DNA of 64,000 nucleotides from a virus (taxonomy: Duplodnaviria; Caudoviricetes): positions 1 to 64,000 of IMG/VR virus record IMGVR_UViG_3300020048_000087; one strand, written 5' to 3'. The notes beneath the pieces are model-generated. The model made no database searches, was not told where the DNA came from, and saw only the letters and a program-made list of their open reading frames with translations. This document shows, one piece after another, positions 8,239 to 18,877 of the stretch (position 1 is the stretch's first letter; every line of letters starts with the position of its first letter). The position numbers and the translations under genes are program-made.

Positions 8239-11133
8239 TTAAGTTTTATATTTATATATTTGATAAAATGGTATATAAAAGTTCGACCAAGTAAACGGTC
8301 TACTAGCCAATCCCAATTGGTTTAAAGCTTTCAAATAAGCATTCCGTTTTTCCCTTTGACTTGACGCACAATCTTCTTGGTCAGGATAACCAACAATTGG
8401 GGTATTATCGTCCGTCCAATTATTACTATTAGGGTTCCAATAATACCACATATCTTCATCAACGACCATACACCGTTGTCCAAACTCACCTGTCAATGGT
8501 AAATCACCATATGATTGTACTTCAGTTAAGAAAACAATGTCAAAATCATATTGAGGACCTACAAGTCCTTCACTTTCATAATATCTTTTACAACTACACC
8601 CTTGTAAGACATTCATTTGAAGATATCCAACATTATTAGGACCTTGATAAAATGAATTTAAAGGATTATCCATTGATGGTGGGAGAACTATCGGTATAGA
8701 TTCCGCTAGCGTTATTTGTCCTGTAACCATTGCTAGAAAATATTCATTCGAATATTTTACATAAGAATCCCTCTGTTGTCTAAATTCAACCCCCAAATCT
8801 TCGGCCCCTCCGGCAGAACAATCTATTTGATTTGCCAACTGAACACATCTTGTTGGTATAATATTAACATTATCTAAGAAATCAAACCCAGTAAAAGGTA
8901 TTTTTATATCGTAAATAACTTTATCAGGTGTTTCACAATATTCTGCGGTTATCTCACATTCCGTTGGTACGTATTCTTCACAACACACACACGAAACATC
9001 ATAATGTATTACCATATAAACAGAAATATCGGCATCCAATAATGAAACTTCAGATTCACAATCAGTGCTTATTGTTATTTTATTCGTTGAATTGTTTATA
9101 ACAACCCCACCAATCCCATCAAACGATAATAGTAAATTTCTAATAGTCGTACCCCATAACGAATCACTTGGGTATTCATTCAATGTTTCACCAACAAAAA
9201 AGGATGCCGTTGTTGCCGAAACACCCTTAACACTAACACAAGCATCAAAAACCGCATTATTTAAAATACAATTTTTCTCATTAAGCGTTAAATCATAAAA
9301 CCCTTCAGTTAACATTTGATGAGGTCCTTTTTTAATTAGTTCACCTGTATTTACAAAATTCTCCGAACTAAGATTATAAACTTCATAAGCCACAGAACAA
9401 GTCATACCTAAAAGTATTTTTGTTTTTTGATTAACACAACCATTATTATCTGTGACTTTAACTGTGTAAGTACCCGCACCTAATCCCGTGACTAACATTC
9501 CTGTTTGTGAACCAACATTAGGACTCCATTCATATGTGAAAGGCGGTTGACCACTAGTGATAAATAATTCAATCCGTCCATCATTACCATTGACAGGGTT
9601 TTGTGAGTTAATCGTAAAATCAACACCAACCGAATCATTAATAAAAATCGTAGTACTTTGTTTACAAAGAACACTAGTATCCGTAACATCTAAAACATAA
9701 CTACCATTATCTAAATTTTGGAAAGTATGTCCTGTTGTCGTAATCTGTACTGATTGCCCACCCACCTGAAGTAAAAAAGGACCTGTACCACCACTTATTT
9801 TAACATTAACCGCCCCATTATTTAAACCACAAGTTGTTCCTGTAAGAGTCGGTGTAATATTAAATAACACCTCATTAATAATTTCATAAGTTCTAATATA
9901 TTCACAACCACCGGCATCTAAAATACTCAAAGTATAAACTCCTGACGATAACCCAACAAACTCATAACTATTTAATGTTGTTGTTACACTATTATTTGAA
10001 CCATTCGGTGATGTTAATTTAAATGTATATGGTGGTGAACCTGAAGTTACTAAAGGGCTAATAGAACCACTACTATTATTACATTTTGAATTTGTTTGAT
10101 TTACAGAAACAACGGTGAATGTTAATGGTGTAATTAATGATGTATCCCCATTAAAATTACATAACCCGGAATCCTGAACATAATAACTAAAAACACCGGA
10201 AGGTAAGTTATCGAACACAAAATAATTCGCAAACTGAACCGACACAGTACCATTTGAACCTGAATAATAGTATGGTGCAGTACCACCTGAAACAAATAAC
10301 GTTAGAGTACCATCACTTGCAAAACAAGAGGGTTGAGTTACCAACACTCCGGCCTGACCAACAGTCGGTACTTTAGAAACCATTGCGGTTTTATTAACAA
10401 CACAACCTGAACTATCACTAACAGTTACATTATACCCTCCACTAGTTAAATTTTCAATATTATCCGTAATTTCACCATTACTCCATAAATAACTATATGG
10501 TGGCGACCCTGTTAAACCTGTAATAAATAGTTTACCTGAATTAACATTACAACCAGCATCGTTAACAATATAAATACCAAAATCTAATTGGGTTGATTCT
10601 TTTACAATTACCGAATTGGTAATACCTGAACAACCACCACCATCATTTACCACAACATAGTAAGTTCCAGGTGATAAATCCGTAAACACTGCACCCGGAG
10701 GGGATATTGTGTTTGTTGTCGTACCTGAAGAAATATAACCTAACGTTGTATGATATAAATAAAATTTATTACTACCATAGTCATATTGAGTTGTCGCAGT
10801 TAATGAACCATTATTTAAATCACAAACCGTGTTTATTACGTTACTAATAGAAGTACATACCCCACTAGAAATGAAAACAGACACGGGAGCGACATTATTT
10901 ACAGGGTCCGAACAACTATCAATAATATTGAAACTATAAGTTCCCGATGTTAAATCAGTTACTTCATAATTTGTCACACCCTCACCTAAAGGTATAATAT
11001 CCGTGATTGGGGTTAACCATTGGATGGTATAACCAGGGGCTGAACCTTCAATTGTTAACCCAAAGGAACCAACACCTAAATTACTACAATCACCCGTTAT
11101 TCCCGTTAAAGTATAATTTAAAACACAACTCAT
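8239..11133 (-). CDS. Multi-SprB-repeat adhesin-like virion protein
   Basis: About 6-7 repeats of the pattern G.i.l.vtGGt.PY.Y.WSNG...L..G.Y.v.VtD..GC. Confidence 0.7.
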   Translation of the reverse strand: MSCVLNYTLTGITGDCSNLGVGSFGLTIEGSAPGYTIQWLTPITDIIPLGEGVTNYEVTDLTSGTYSFNIIDSCSDPVNNVAPVSVFISSGVCTSISNVINTVCDLNNGSLTATTQYDYGSNKFYLYHTTLGYISSGTTTNTISPPGAVFTDLSPGTYYVVVNDGGGCSGITNSVIVKESTQLDFGIYIVNDAGCNVNSGKLFITGLTGSPPYSYLWSNGEITDNIENLTSGGYNVTVSDSSGCVVNKTAMVSKVPTVGQAGVLVTQPSCFASDGTLTLFVSGGTAPYYYSGSNGTVSVQFANYFVFDNLPSGVFSYYVQDSGLCNFNGDTSLITPLTFTVVSVNQTNSKCNNSSGSISPLVTSGSPPYTFKLTSPNGSNNSVTTTLNSYEFVGLSSGVYTLSILDAGGCEYIRTYEIINEVLFNITPTLTGTTCGLNNGAVNVKISGGTGPFLLQVGGQSVQITTTGHTFQNLDNGSYVLDVTDTSVLCKQSTTIFINDSVGVDFTINSQNPVNGNDGRIELFITSGQPPFTYEWSPNVGSQTGMLVTGLGAGTYTVKVTDNNGCVNQKTKILLGMTCSVAYEVYNLSSENFVNTGELIKKGPHQMLTEGFYDLTLNEKNCILNNAVFDACVSVKGVSATTASFFVGETLNEYPSDSLWGTTIRNLLLSFDGIGGVVINNSTNKITISTDCESEVSLLDADISVYMVIHYDVSCVCCEEYVPTECEITAEYCETPDKVIYDIKIPFTGFDFLDNVNIIPTRCVQLANQIDCSAGGAEDLGVEFRQQRDSYVKYSNEYFLAMVTGQITLAESIPIVLPPSMDNPLNSFYQGPNNVGYLQMNVLQGCSCKRYYESEGLVGPQYDFDIVFLTEVQSYGDLPLTGEFGQRCMVVDEDMWYYWNPNSNNWTDDNTPIVGYPDQEDCASSQREKRNAYLKALNQLGLASRPFTWSNFYIPFYQIYKYKT

Positions 11134-14100
11134 TATTTACAACATAAATTTAAATTTATCCCGACATTCAATTTAAAGTTTAAACCTTGGTCAGATTCTG
11201 AACAAATAGAATTATAAACCACAACGGTCTCACTATCAGTTAAATAGTAATCGAACCCATCATTAGTTAAATCGTCTAATGAACTAATTAACGCACTATA
11301 CCATTGAGCATCACTTGGCGAACTTAAATTCGGTACTGAATATCCTGACCCAAAATAAAACGATTTCTTAACAAGAGTAATATCACGAACTCGTATGTCA
11401 ACAAACCATTCGGTTGACAAACTATTTAAATTACAATCAGTAATTGTTATATCATTCGTCGTTAAATAGTTAGTAACTACCGCACCTAATACCGCGGAAA
11501 AAGACTGAACTGTTGAACTTGTATCCCAAGGATATATCGCAGTCTCAATACTTTGGGTTGGACAATCAATAGGAAATACATTTGATGTTGCTGAACAAGG
11601 ATTACAAGGTACTGCGATAATCCTACAACCACCTTGTCTTCTCCACCCATATTTTTGTCTATGAAAAATAGAGTTTTCATATTTAACACCTGTATTCCAA
11701 ATAGTCGATGCCGGTATCATTTGTTCCACCAATCTAATCCAATAATCACCTAACCCACTAACATAATCAGTCATTGTTTGATATGTGAAATTATCATTAG
11801 GTTGACCTATGGCTTCTTCAGATAAAAGATATTTCCAATAGATAGATTCCAATGTCGGGTAACCTGTAGTTCCCCCGTTAGTAACATATTGTCGATTTCT
11901 AACGTTAATCATATTTCTCCAAAACGTTTGAGCAAATTCAAAAAATGTTTGACGTTTTGGTTTAGGGTCTATTTGAGTCCAATCAACCCCACCTCTTTGA
12001 GGATATGGAACATTAGGGAACGTAGCTTGAAATTGAGTATTACTCATTTTCATTATTTGATTAGGGAATGGATTACAACTAGTAGGTGCAACATAAAATA
12101 AACCCTCATTCGGTATTGGATAGTTATATTCTCTCGACATACTCCATACGTCATACAATAACCCTTGACCTGGATTTAAAAATAAATCAATATTTTTTAC
12201 ATTAAGAACCAATCTCTCATCGTTAACGAAATATTTGGCATTATAACCACCATCCAAATTATTCCTTAAACCAACTTCAGTATCGACCCAACTCTTATTA
12301 TTATCAACAGTTTGGGTTAAGTTATAACCTAACGCCATAAATGGGAATTGTCTAAATCTATCTAAATAATCTTGACCATAAGCATATGGTTTTAAATAAG
12401 TTTGGAAATTAGGGTTTGGCCCCACAAAAGTACTATTAGTAATATTAACTTGTTCAGGAGCTCTATGACTTGGAGTCTGTTCAAACCACCCACTACCTAA
12501 TTGGAAAAAATAACTTTCACTATCATCAGGTGCCATCGGATAACCATTATCATCCATTGGGAATTCACTTCTACCAATATTAACATCTTTTATTGTCGTA
12601 TCAGTAGTGAATCCCGTATATTGTACGCCTAAAAAGGTATACACATTATTAGTGTCCAATTTTGGTGTTTGACTAACATAAGTACCACCAGAAATATTCC
12701 CATATTGGACGTTAAATTGACTTAAATTAATTACTTGGTCCGCTAAATAAACGTGTTCATTAAACTCAACTAAAGCATCAGGAGCGCCAACCAATCTCAT
12801 TAATATTTCAACCGATTTTCTAGTTCCTTTAGATTTAAATAAATAAGCAGAATTTAATATTAAATTTCTAAAATATTGGTAATTTAACTCATCAGGTGTT
12901 GTTGCAGTACCAACCCCTGTAAATTGTGATTTATCGTGATTTTTTTCACCAAACACAGAACTTAAAAAATTATCATTAGTAATTGGTGACATATTTGTAT
13001 CCCACCCTAATGTTTGTGCTAAATTTTTAAGTAATTGTGATGGAATATCATTACTAACATTATAGTTAACAGAATTCATATACGCTAACGCATCTATAAA
13101 TTTTTTCGTTTCATCAAAACTTCTACCATAAATTTGCAATGTTTTTTCAGTTTTTTGACCTATAGTATCAAACTCTTTTAAAGCACCTGTTGTTAAAAAT
13201 CTCGATATTAAATTTGTTTTGTACAAATCTAACGATTCCGCAACCTCATTTAATAATTCTAAATAACGAGTAAAAGAGGCCGTTAAAATATCTATATTCC
13301 AAACACCATTTAATGGCCAAGTAATTTTTTGTGAGTAAGTATAAAAAGTACCATCATCATCCTCTTTTGGTGTTTTAAAAATACAAGTATATATTGGTGT
13401 TGAAGACCTATTCAATAAGAATTTTTCAACCTCATCAAATTCTTCATTAAACACTTTACTAACCTCGTAATCATTTGGTCTAACATATAAAGTTTCAAAA
13501 ACTTCAGTTTTACCGGAAAATGGATTACCATATACCGATATTGTTAAGACACCATTAACTAAAGACGTTGTTGGTACAACAAACGATAAATCATAAACCT
13601 CATTATTATAATATAATGCGTATCGAGCATATTCTACGGATAAATTTCGTAATGGTGATACAGGTATCTCTCTTAATTCTAAGTTTCGTGTTGAATTATC
13701 ACTAAAATCAATATCAAATTGATTACGTAATCTTTCAATTTGTAAATCAAACTTCGTAACATCATTAATCATATCATAAGTGATATTGTACGCAGTTGCT
13801 CCTGTTTCATAATTAATACCAACAAATGTTGACTCTAAAGCCGCAGGAAAAAAACTAATAATATTTTGAATTGACACCGACATTCTCTTCGTCAATGAAC
13901 CATATAATGTAAAGTTCGAAACTTCACTTAAATCAAAATTTGGATAAACTTGGAAGTTTTTCTCAAATATTGTCTTTGATTGTGAAACACTTTCAATCCC
14001 CAACCCCTCTAAACTAATTGGTTCTGAAAATGTTCCGGTGTTAAAAGTTCTATTAGATTTCTCAGTGATTGACTCAACAAAATTGAAATTCCCTTGCGTT

Positions 14101-14201
14101 AACCCACCACCCTGTACTAATTGGAAACCAACTAAATCATCAGAGAATGTACCAGCGCCTGTTGCCGGTGTTGGGGGACAGGTATATTTTTTAATCGCCA
14201 T
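11133..14201 (-). CDS. Baseplate wedge-like protein (gp7/P2 gpI-like motif)
   Basis: LLKNLAQTLGW and YLFKSKGTRKSVEILMRLVG resemble the P2 gpI / T4 gp7 family; located downstream of gp6/gp25. Confidence 0.55.
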   Translation of the reverse strand: MAIKKYTCPPTPATGAGTFSDDLVGFQLVQGGGLTQGNFNFVESITEKSNRTFNTGTFSEPISLEGLGIESVSQSKTIFEKNFQVYPNFDLSEVSNFTLYGSLTKRMSVSIQNIISFFPAALESTFVGINYETGATAYNITYDMINDVTKFDLQIERLRNQFDIDFSDNSTRNLELREIPVSPLRNLSVEYARYALYYNNEVYDLSFVVPTTSLVNGVLTISVYGNPFSGKTEVFETLYVRPNDYEVSKVFNEEFDEVEKFLLNRSSTPIYTCIFKTPKEDDDGTFYTYSQKITWPLNGVWNIDILTASFTRYLELLNEVAESLDLYKTNLISRFLTTGALKEFDTIGQKTEKTLQIYGRSFDETKKFIDALAYMNSVNYNVSNDIPSQLLKNLAQTLGWDTNMSPITNDNFLSSVFGEKNHDKSQFTGVGTATTPDELNYQYFRNLILNSAYLFKSKGTRKSVEILMRLVGAPDALVEFNEHVYLADQVINLSQFNVQYGNISGGTYVSQTPKLDTNNVYTFLGVQYTGFTTDTTIKDVNIGRSEFPMDDNGYPMAPDDSESYFFQLGSGWFEQTPSHRAPEQVNITNSTFVGPNPNFQTYLKPYAYGQDYLDRFRQFPFMALGYNLTQTVDNNKSWVDTEVGLRNNLDGGYNAKYFVNDERLVLNVKNIDLFLNPGQGLLYDVWSMSREYNYPIPNEGLFYVAPTSCNPFPNQIMKMSNTQFQATFPNVPYPQRGGVDWTQIDPKPKRQTFFEFAQTFWRNMINVRNRQYVTNGGTTGYPTLESIYWKYLLSEEAIGQPNDNFTYQTMTDYVSGLGDYWIRLVEQMIPASTIWNTGVKYENSIFHRQKYGWRRQGGCRIIAVPCNPCSATSNVFPIDCPTQSIETAIYPWDTSSTVQSFSAVLGAVVTNYLTTNDITITDCNLNSLSTEWFVDIRVRDITLVKKSFYFGSGYSVPNLSSPSDAQWYSALISSLDDLTNDGFDYYLTDSETVVVYNSICSESDQGLNFKLNVGINLNLCCK

Positions 14202-15121
14202 TATTGTGTTATGTTTGTAAAGTTTTTACTAAAATCAATATTATCACCTCTATCTTGTCTAACTTCATATAACAAGTGGTTATATTGGTCTCTAACCTCA
14301 TATAAATTATATTGTCTATAGATGTTATCATTAGTGTCATACATAGTATAAACACCATCATCCATAGATTTGGTTTGATTACCAAATAAGGCTATTGCCA
14401 ATGTTGAAAAATCGTGTTCCGCAATCTCAATATCCAATGTCATCGGATTGAAGAAAGTGTTTGTGATAATAACCTTTTGATTTGGTTGACCAATATAAGG
14501 TGTGGCATTTGGTTTGTTTGTCGGTGAAGAAGAAGGTGACACCGTACAAAACATTAAGTTTGTATTATTTTCAGTGTATCTATATCTAATCGCCTTTTGA
14601 GAACTATTTGTTAAATTTTGAACAACGGGTTCACAGAAAAATGTTGAGGTAATTAACCTAAAGAAATTCGGTATTTTAGTACCATCAGAATTTAAATACT
14701 CAATTCTAAACCCAACTAATCCTTGACTGACAAATTTATTTTTATACTCCGAAGGAACGTCAGTTAAATCAAAAACTAACCCTTTCACATTAGGTAATGA
14801 TGATAACACACCACAATCCAATATTTTAGTTCTAATTTGTGCGGGTCTGATAAATAACGTATAAATCCCAATCTTATTAAATTGGTCCGCTGGTAATTTT
14901 AAATTATATAAACCACCTAAAATCTCAACATTAGCGTTAGCACCTGTCGCAGCAGCCGTCGTCGCATTATGAAAATACGGTTTAAGTACCGCTTTTGCGT
15001 CCAATGTTGTTAATAAAAAATTGTCAGTATCATCCCTTGATGGTGTATAATTCAAAATTATCTCAACATCTGAAGGTGATACGTCTGCCGGTCTTACCGT
15101 TCCATATGTTCCTGTTGCCAT
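14201..15121 (-). CDS. Putative virion structural protein
   Basis: Coupled ORF within the baseplate operon; no recognisable catalytic motif. Confidence 0.5.
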   Translation of the reverse strand: MATGTYGTVRPADVSPSDVEIILNYTPSRDDTDNFLLTTLDAKAVLKPYFHNATTAAATGANANVEILGGLYNLKLPADQFNKIGIYTLFIRPAQIRTKILDCGVLSSLPNVKGLVFDLTDVPSEYKNKFVSQGLVGFRIEYLNSDGTKIPNFFRLITSTFFCEPVVQNLTNSSQKAIRYRYTENNTNLMFCTVSPSSSPTNKPNATPYIGQPNQKVIITNTFFNPMTLDIEIAEHDFSTLAIALFGNQTKSMDDGVYTMYDTNDNIYRQYNLYEVRDQYNHLLYEVRQDRGDNIDFSKNFTNITQ

Positions 15122-15122
15122 T

Positions 15123-16310
15123 TTATATCTCTATTACTTTAAAAAATCCATAACCATATTTTAAAAGGTCACCGACATTATCTACTTCACCAAGTCGGAT
15201 AATTGACTCCAAACCTGATTGTTTTCCTCTTTCTATAAATACATCAGATTGCACTTCTGCGTCGTCAATTACATTTAATAATACCTCATTTTTTGTAATT
15301 GCGGTACAAACTATCATATCAGACGTTAAACCCGACGTTGACGCTGAAAATATTGTGGTCCCATCTATATAATCGAAATAACTAATATTATTAATTGTAT
15401 ATGAAGTGTATAACCCATTATTTGATGGCCCCCAAAATGTTCCGACACTTTCAGAATCCCCTGTCACTTGAACCCCTTTTTTAAACCTACCATCAAACAA
15501 TAATGGATTATGTTTACTACCATATTGTTCCAAGTCATTCATCGTTGAATTGGTATACCCTGATACAATTATCGGTATAGTTGTGTAATTGTCACTAGTT
15601 TGAACGTCAACATCACAAATAGAGTCCCCACTGAATATATAATCATACATTAATGGTGTCCCCGACCAATTACCACCCGATGGGTAAAAATATGCGGTTC
15701 CTTTAGGGTTTTGAATTAACACATTGGTGTATGGTACTGTAACATCTTTTTTAACCAAATTAACCCCCCAAGGGCTCATTCCTGACATTGTTATCGTAAA
15801 CGTACCCGTTTGGGTATAAGTATGACTATAAAAATTAGGACTTGTCGACAAAATTGTTGTCGCAGGGGAACCATCACCCCAATCGACTTTATAAGTACTA
15901 AACTCCAAATATTTTTTAAATTCAGTATCTGAAGTATTATAGAAGTTATATGTGTTGGGACTTAGAGTTGTTGAGGAAAAAATAAAATTAGTAATAACGT
16001 CTTTTTGTGTTACCATCCCGTCAAATGCCGAATAATAACCAATATCTATCGTATTTTCCGTAATAAAAATTGGTATTGTTAAACCTGTTAATAACGAATT
16101 ACCATTTGTACCCCCCGAAACAATTTCAGTCATTGATGAATAAACATATGTTTGACCCGTAAAAAACTTAGTAACGGCACTTGTAAATATGTCACAACAA
16201 TAAATCACCTCAGCGTTTGTCGTTTCACTATCACCAGTAAAATTCACACTAAAAATATCACCACTAATCACTTCAGGTGATATTTTATAATAAAATATTC
16301 TATCTTCCAT
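15123..16310 (-). CDS. Putative virion protein with PKD-like Ig domain
   Basis: VDWGDGSP...YSHTYTQTGTFTITMSG is a PKD signature. Confidence 0.55.
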   Translation of the reverse strand: MEDRIFYYKISPEVISGDIFSVNFTGDSETTNAEVIYCCDIFTSAVTKFFTGQTYVYSSMTEIVSGGTNGNSLLTGLTIPIFITENTIDIGYYSAFDGMVTQKDVITNFIFSSTTLSPNTYNFYNTSDTEFKKYLEFSTYKVDWGDGSPATTILSTSPNFYSHTYTQTGTFTITMSGMSPWGVNLVKKDVTVPYTNVLIQNPKGTAYFYPSGGNWSGTPLMYDYIFSGDSICDVDVQTSDNYTTIPIIVSGYTNSTMNDLEQYGSKHNPLLFDGRFKKGVQVTGDSESVGTFWGPSNNGLYTSYTINNISYFDYIDGTTIFSASTSGLTSDMIVCTAITKNEVLLNVIDDAEVQSDVFIERGKQSGLESIIRLGEVDNVGDLLKYGYGFFKVIEI

Positions 16311-17122
16311 TATGGGTTAATATATTCATACCATTTTATGGAACTTGTCGTTCCTACTCTACTTCCCACTACATCATAAATAGAGTAAGTGAACTTATTA
16401 TAATCCAAAGTGACTTTATAATAAAAATATTTTCTGGCGTCAAAGATGAATTTATCAGGTAAACTTGATTGTGGAGTATTCATCATTTTAAGGAACCCAC
16501 CAAGTCTAGCATTAAAAAACTTAGCCGACATATAAAAGGTACTCAAATCAATAAAATCTTTTTTTCTCAACCAATAAATAAAAAACCCCTCTTTATCCCC
16601 AACAAAGTCAAGTTTAAACGTTGGGATATGAATATTAACATTCGGTATTAATGGTGAAATTGACGCCGATTCGAATCCACCTTGTTGTACCGGTATTATA
16701 ACCGTAAAATATAATGTTTGGGTATTAACATCATCCGTATCATAAAAATCCAATTTGAAAAATGATTTAGTAAAAGAGTTCTCATAATAATAAATTTGGT
16801 CGGCCGTAAACCCCTCATTCAAATATGTTGGACCCCAACTAGTTGGTCCTGATGTTATCACGTTAGGATTCGCAGATGGTAAATTGTTGAAGAAATTAAA
16901 TTCATAATTAACATCAGTACTATTACCATTATTAAATGGTTCGTGAGAAAAACGAATAATTTCAAAGTCTTTAGGACTTCCAATAATTTCTTTTATTACA
17001 TCTTCTTCATATAATTCAATACTATCATCACGACCATAAAAATCCCACTTTATTTCTAAAGGCAAATTAAGATAAGTATCTTTGGTCGGTATTGTAAATC
17101 TAAATTTATCACTCACAGTCAT
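16310..17122 (-). CDS. Putative virion structural protein
   Basis: Overlapping/coupled ORF within the baseplate operon. Confidence 0.5.
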   Translation of the reverse strand: MTVSDKFRFTIPTKDTYLNLPLEIKWDFYGRDDSIELYEEDVIKEIIGSPKDFEIIRFSHEPFNNGNSTDVNYEFNFFNNLPSANPNVITSGPTSWGPTYLNEGFTADQIYYYENSFTKSFFKLDFYDTDDVNTQTLYFTVIIPVQQGGFESASISPLIPNVNIHIPTFKLDFVGDKEGFFIYWLRKKDFIDLSTFYMSAKFFNARLGGFLKMMNTPQSSLPDKFIFDARKYFYYKVTLDYNKFTYSIYDVVGSRVGTTSSIKWYEYINP

Positions 17123-18875
17123 CAGTTGTTGGGTCTTGGATTATGTCATCGCTAACAAAGTTGCTACCTTCAGGTATTATTCTAAAAATTACATTACGAA
17201 ATGGATAATGAGAACCATTTAAAAATTGATAATCAACGCCTAACTTATCGTTATCTATAAAACCATAAGAATAAATATCTCGCCAAATAAATGATTTCTC
17301 AGTCGTTGAATAATGAGCATAATCAGGGATATCAACCACATTTGAAGGGTCACCATTTTCAATATAATCCGAATACTCCCTAATCGTTAACTTATGACTA
17401 GGTTGATAATAAAAACCAAATAAGTTATTATTACTTACTAAGGAACTTGTTCTAATATCGAAAACTAATGGATTATATTTAAATTTATGATATAACGTTG
17501 AGACGACACGTTCCTTTTGTTCATAACTATTCCACTCACAATAATCCCCATCAATAATGTCACCTTTTTTCAAAGATTCCGTATAATAAAAAGAATACCC
17601 GAAACCTCCTGACGTATTATTATAAATCCCATTAGGAAATCCCGTTTTAGAATCATTATTTGTGTTCGCCCACCAAGAATCAGGAGAATTAGCAATTAAC
17701 GGTAAATTATACTCATAACCTTGTTGTAAACCACTAGTATTACCAAACATCAACCCAAAATAACCTTTCCAAATAACATTAAAAAAAAGTTCAGTTATTG
17801 GCCTTTTTTGATTATCTCTTAATGGTGAGATATCAAAATCATTGTTAAATGATAACGTATAAGATTGAGAACCTTCTTTAACGGAAACTCTAGCTATATG
17901 GTTTGGGGTTAATCCACTACTTTCGTATTTTTTAGTTTTACCGAAAATATTTTGTTCAAACCCTGTTTTACTTAACACAGAATCAATCGGGTCAGACAAT
18001 ATTTTGAGTTCTTTTACATAATATTCTGATGTTGTATCCGAAGGATTATCAAGATTTAACACACGTTTAAATGTTCCTGTCACTGAATTACTGAAAGTTG
18101 CCCCAACAAAACCATAGTTAAAAATGTTAAAAACATATTCTTTACTATTTGAGGTCCCATCACCCAATGAATAAACCTCAAAATATTTATTAGTATTATA
18201 ACTAATACTCAATTCAACAAATTCCCCGACAGAAAGTCCGTGTTTAACAGGACTTTTAAAACTAACGATTTTGTTACCCCCTTCAGTCATATTTTTCACG
18301 ACAAAAGGTAAACCATCACCTGACCTCCAATTTATAATTTGGGATGTCGTAGCATTAGTATGTCTCATTGGTTTTATATAGTTATTCCTAAATGGATAAC
18401 TCATAAAATGATTCCAATTATAGGTTGACGCACTTTTACTGATAAAAGTTAAATGATTGTTAGGTGCTTGTGTATACCCCACAACATTGTAATCATTACG
18501 TATAAAATCAAACTCGTTATATTGAGGAAAACCACCCCAAGCAACCGCACCAGGTCCCGTAGCAGGATTACATTGTTTTTTCGCATATTCAGCTGCTTTA
18601 ACGTAATATAAATTATTTTCTAATGGGGTATAATTCGTAGTTCCCGTATATGAGTTTTTAAATAAAATCGAAAACTTAGCAACAGGTCTAAAGATTGTCG
18701 ACCTTTGTCTTTCATCGTCAAAAACCTGAGCTAAACTAATATTTATATTTCTATCAAACTCAACATTCTCTTTAACCGTTTGAATAAGCGGTATCTGAAA
18801 ACCTAACGTTGTTTCAGGGGCCGACTTATAACGTAACGACCCCAAAACAACTATATTATCATTTCTATTTCCCAT
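17109..18875 (-). CDS. Putative virion structural protein
   Basis: 588-aa ORF in the baseplate operon, rich in aromatic residues and Asn. Confidence 0.5.
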   Translation of the reverse strand: MGNRNDNIVVLGSLRYKSAPETTLGFQIPLIQTVKENVEFDRNINISLAQVFDDERQRSTIFRPVAKFSILFKNSYTGTTNYTPLENNLYYVKAAEYAKKQCNPATGPGAVAWGGFPQYNEFDFIRNDYNVVGYTQAPNNHLTFISKSASTYNWNHFMSYPFRNNYIKPMRHTNATTSQIINWRSGDGLPFVVKNMTEGGNKIVSFKSPVKHGLSVGEFVELSISYNTNKYFEVYSLGDGTSNSKEYVFNIFNYGFVGATFSNSVTGTFKRVLNLDNPSDTTSEYYVKELKILSDPIDSVLSKTGFEQNIFGKTKKYESSGLTPNHIARVSVKEGSQSYTLSFNNDFDISPLRDNQKRPITELFFNVIWKGYFGLMFGNTSGLQQGYEYNLPLIANSPDSWWANTNNDSKTGFPNGIYNNTSGGFGYSFYYTESLKKGDIIDGDYCEWNSYEQKERVVSTLYHKFKYNPLVFDIRTSSLVSNNNLFGFYYQPSHKLTIREYSDYIENGDPSNVVDIPDYAHYSTTEKSFIWRDIYSYGFIDNDKLGVDYQFLNGSHYPFRNVIFRIIPEGSNFVSDDIIQDPTTDDCE

Positions 18876-18877
18876 AA

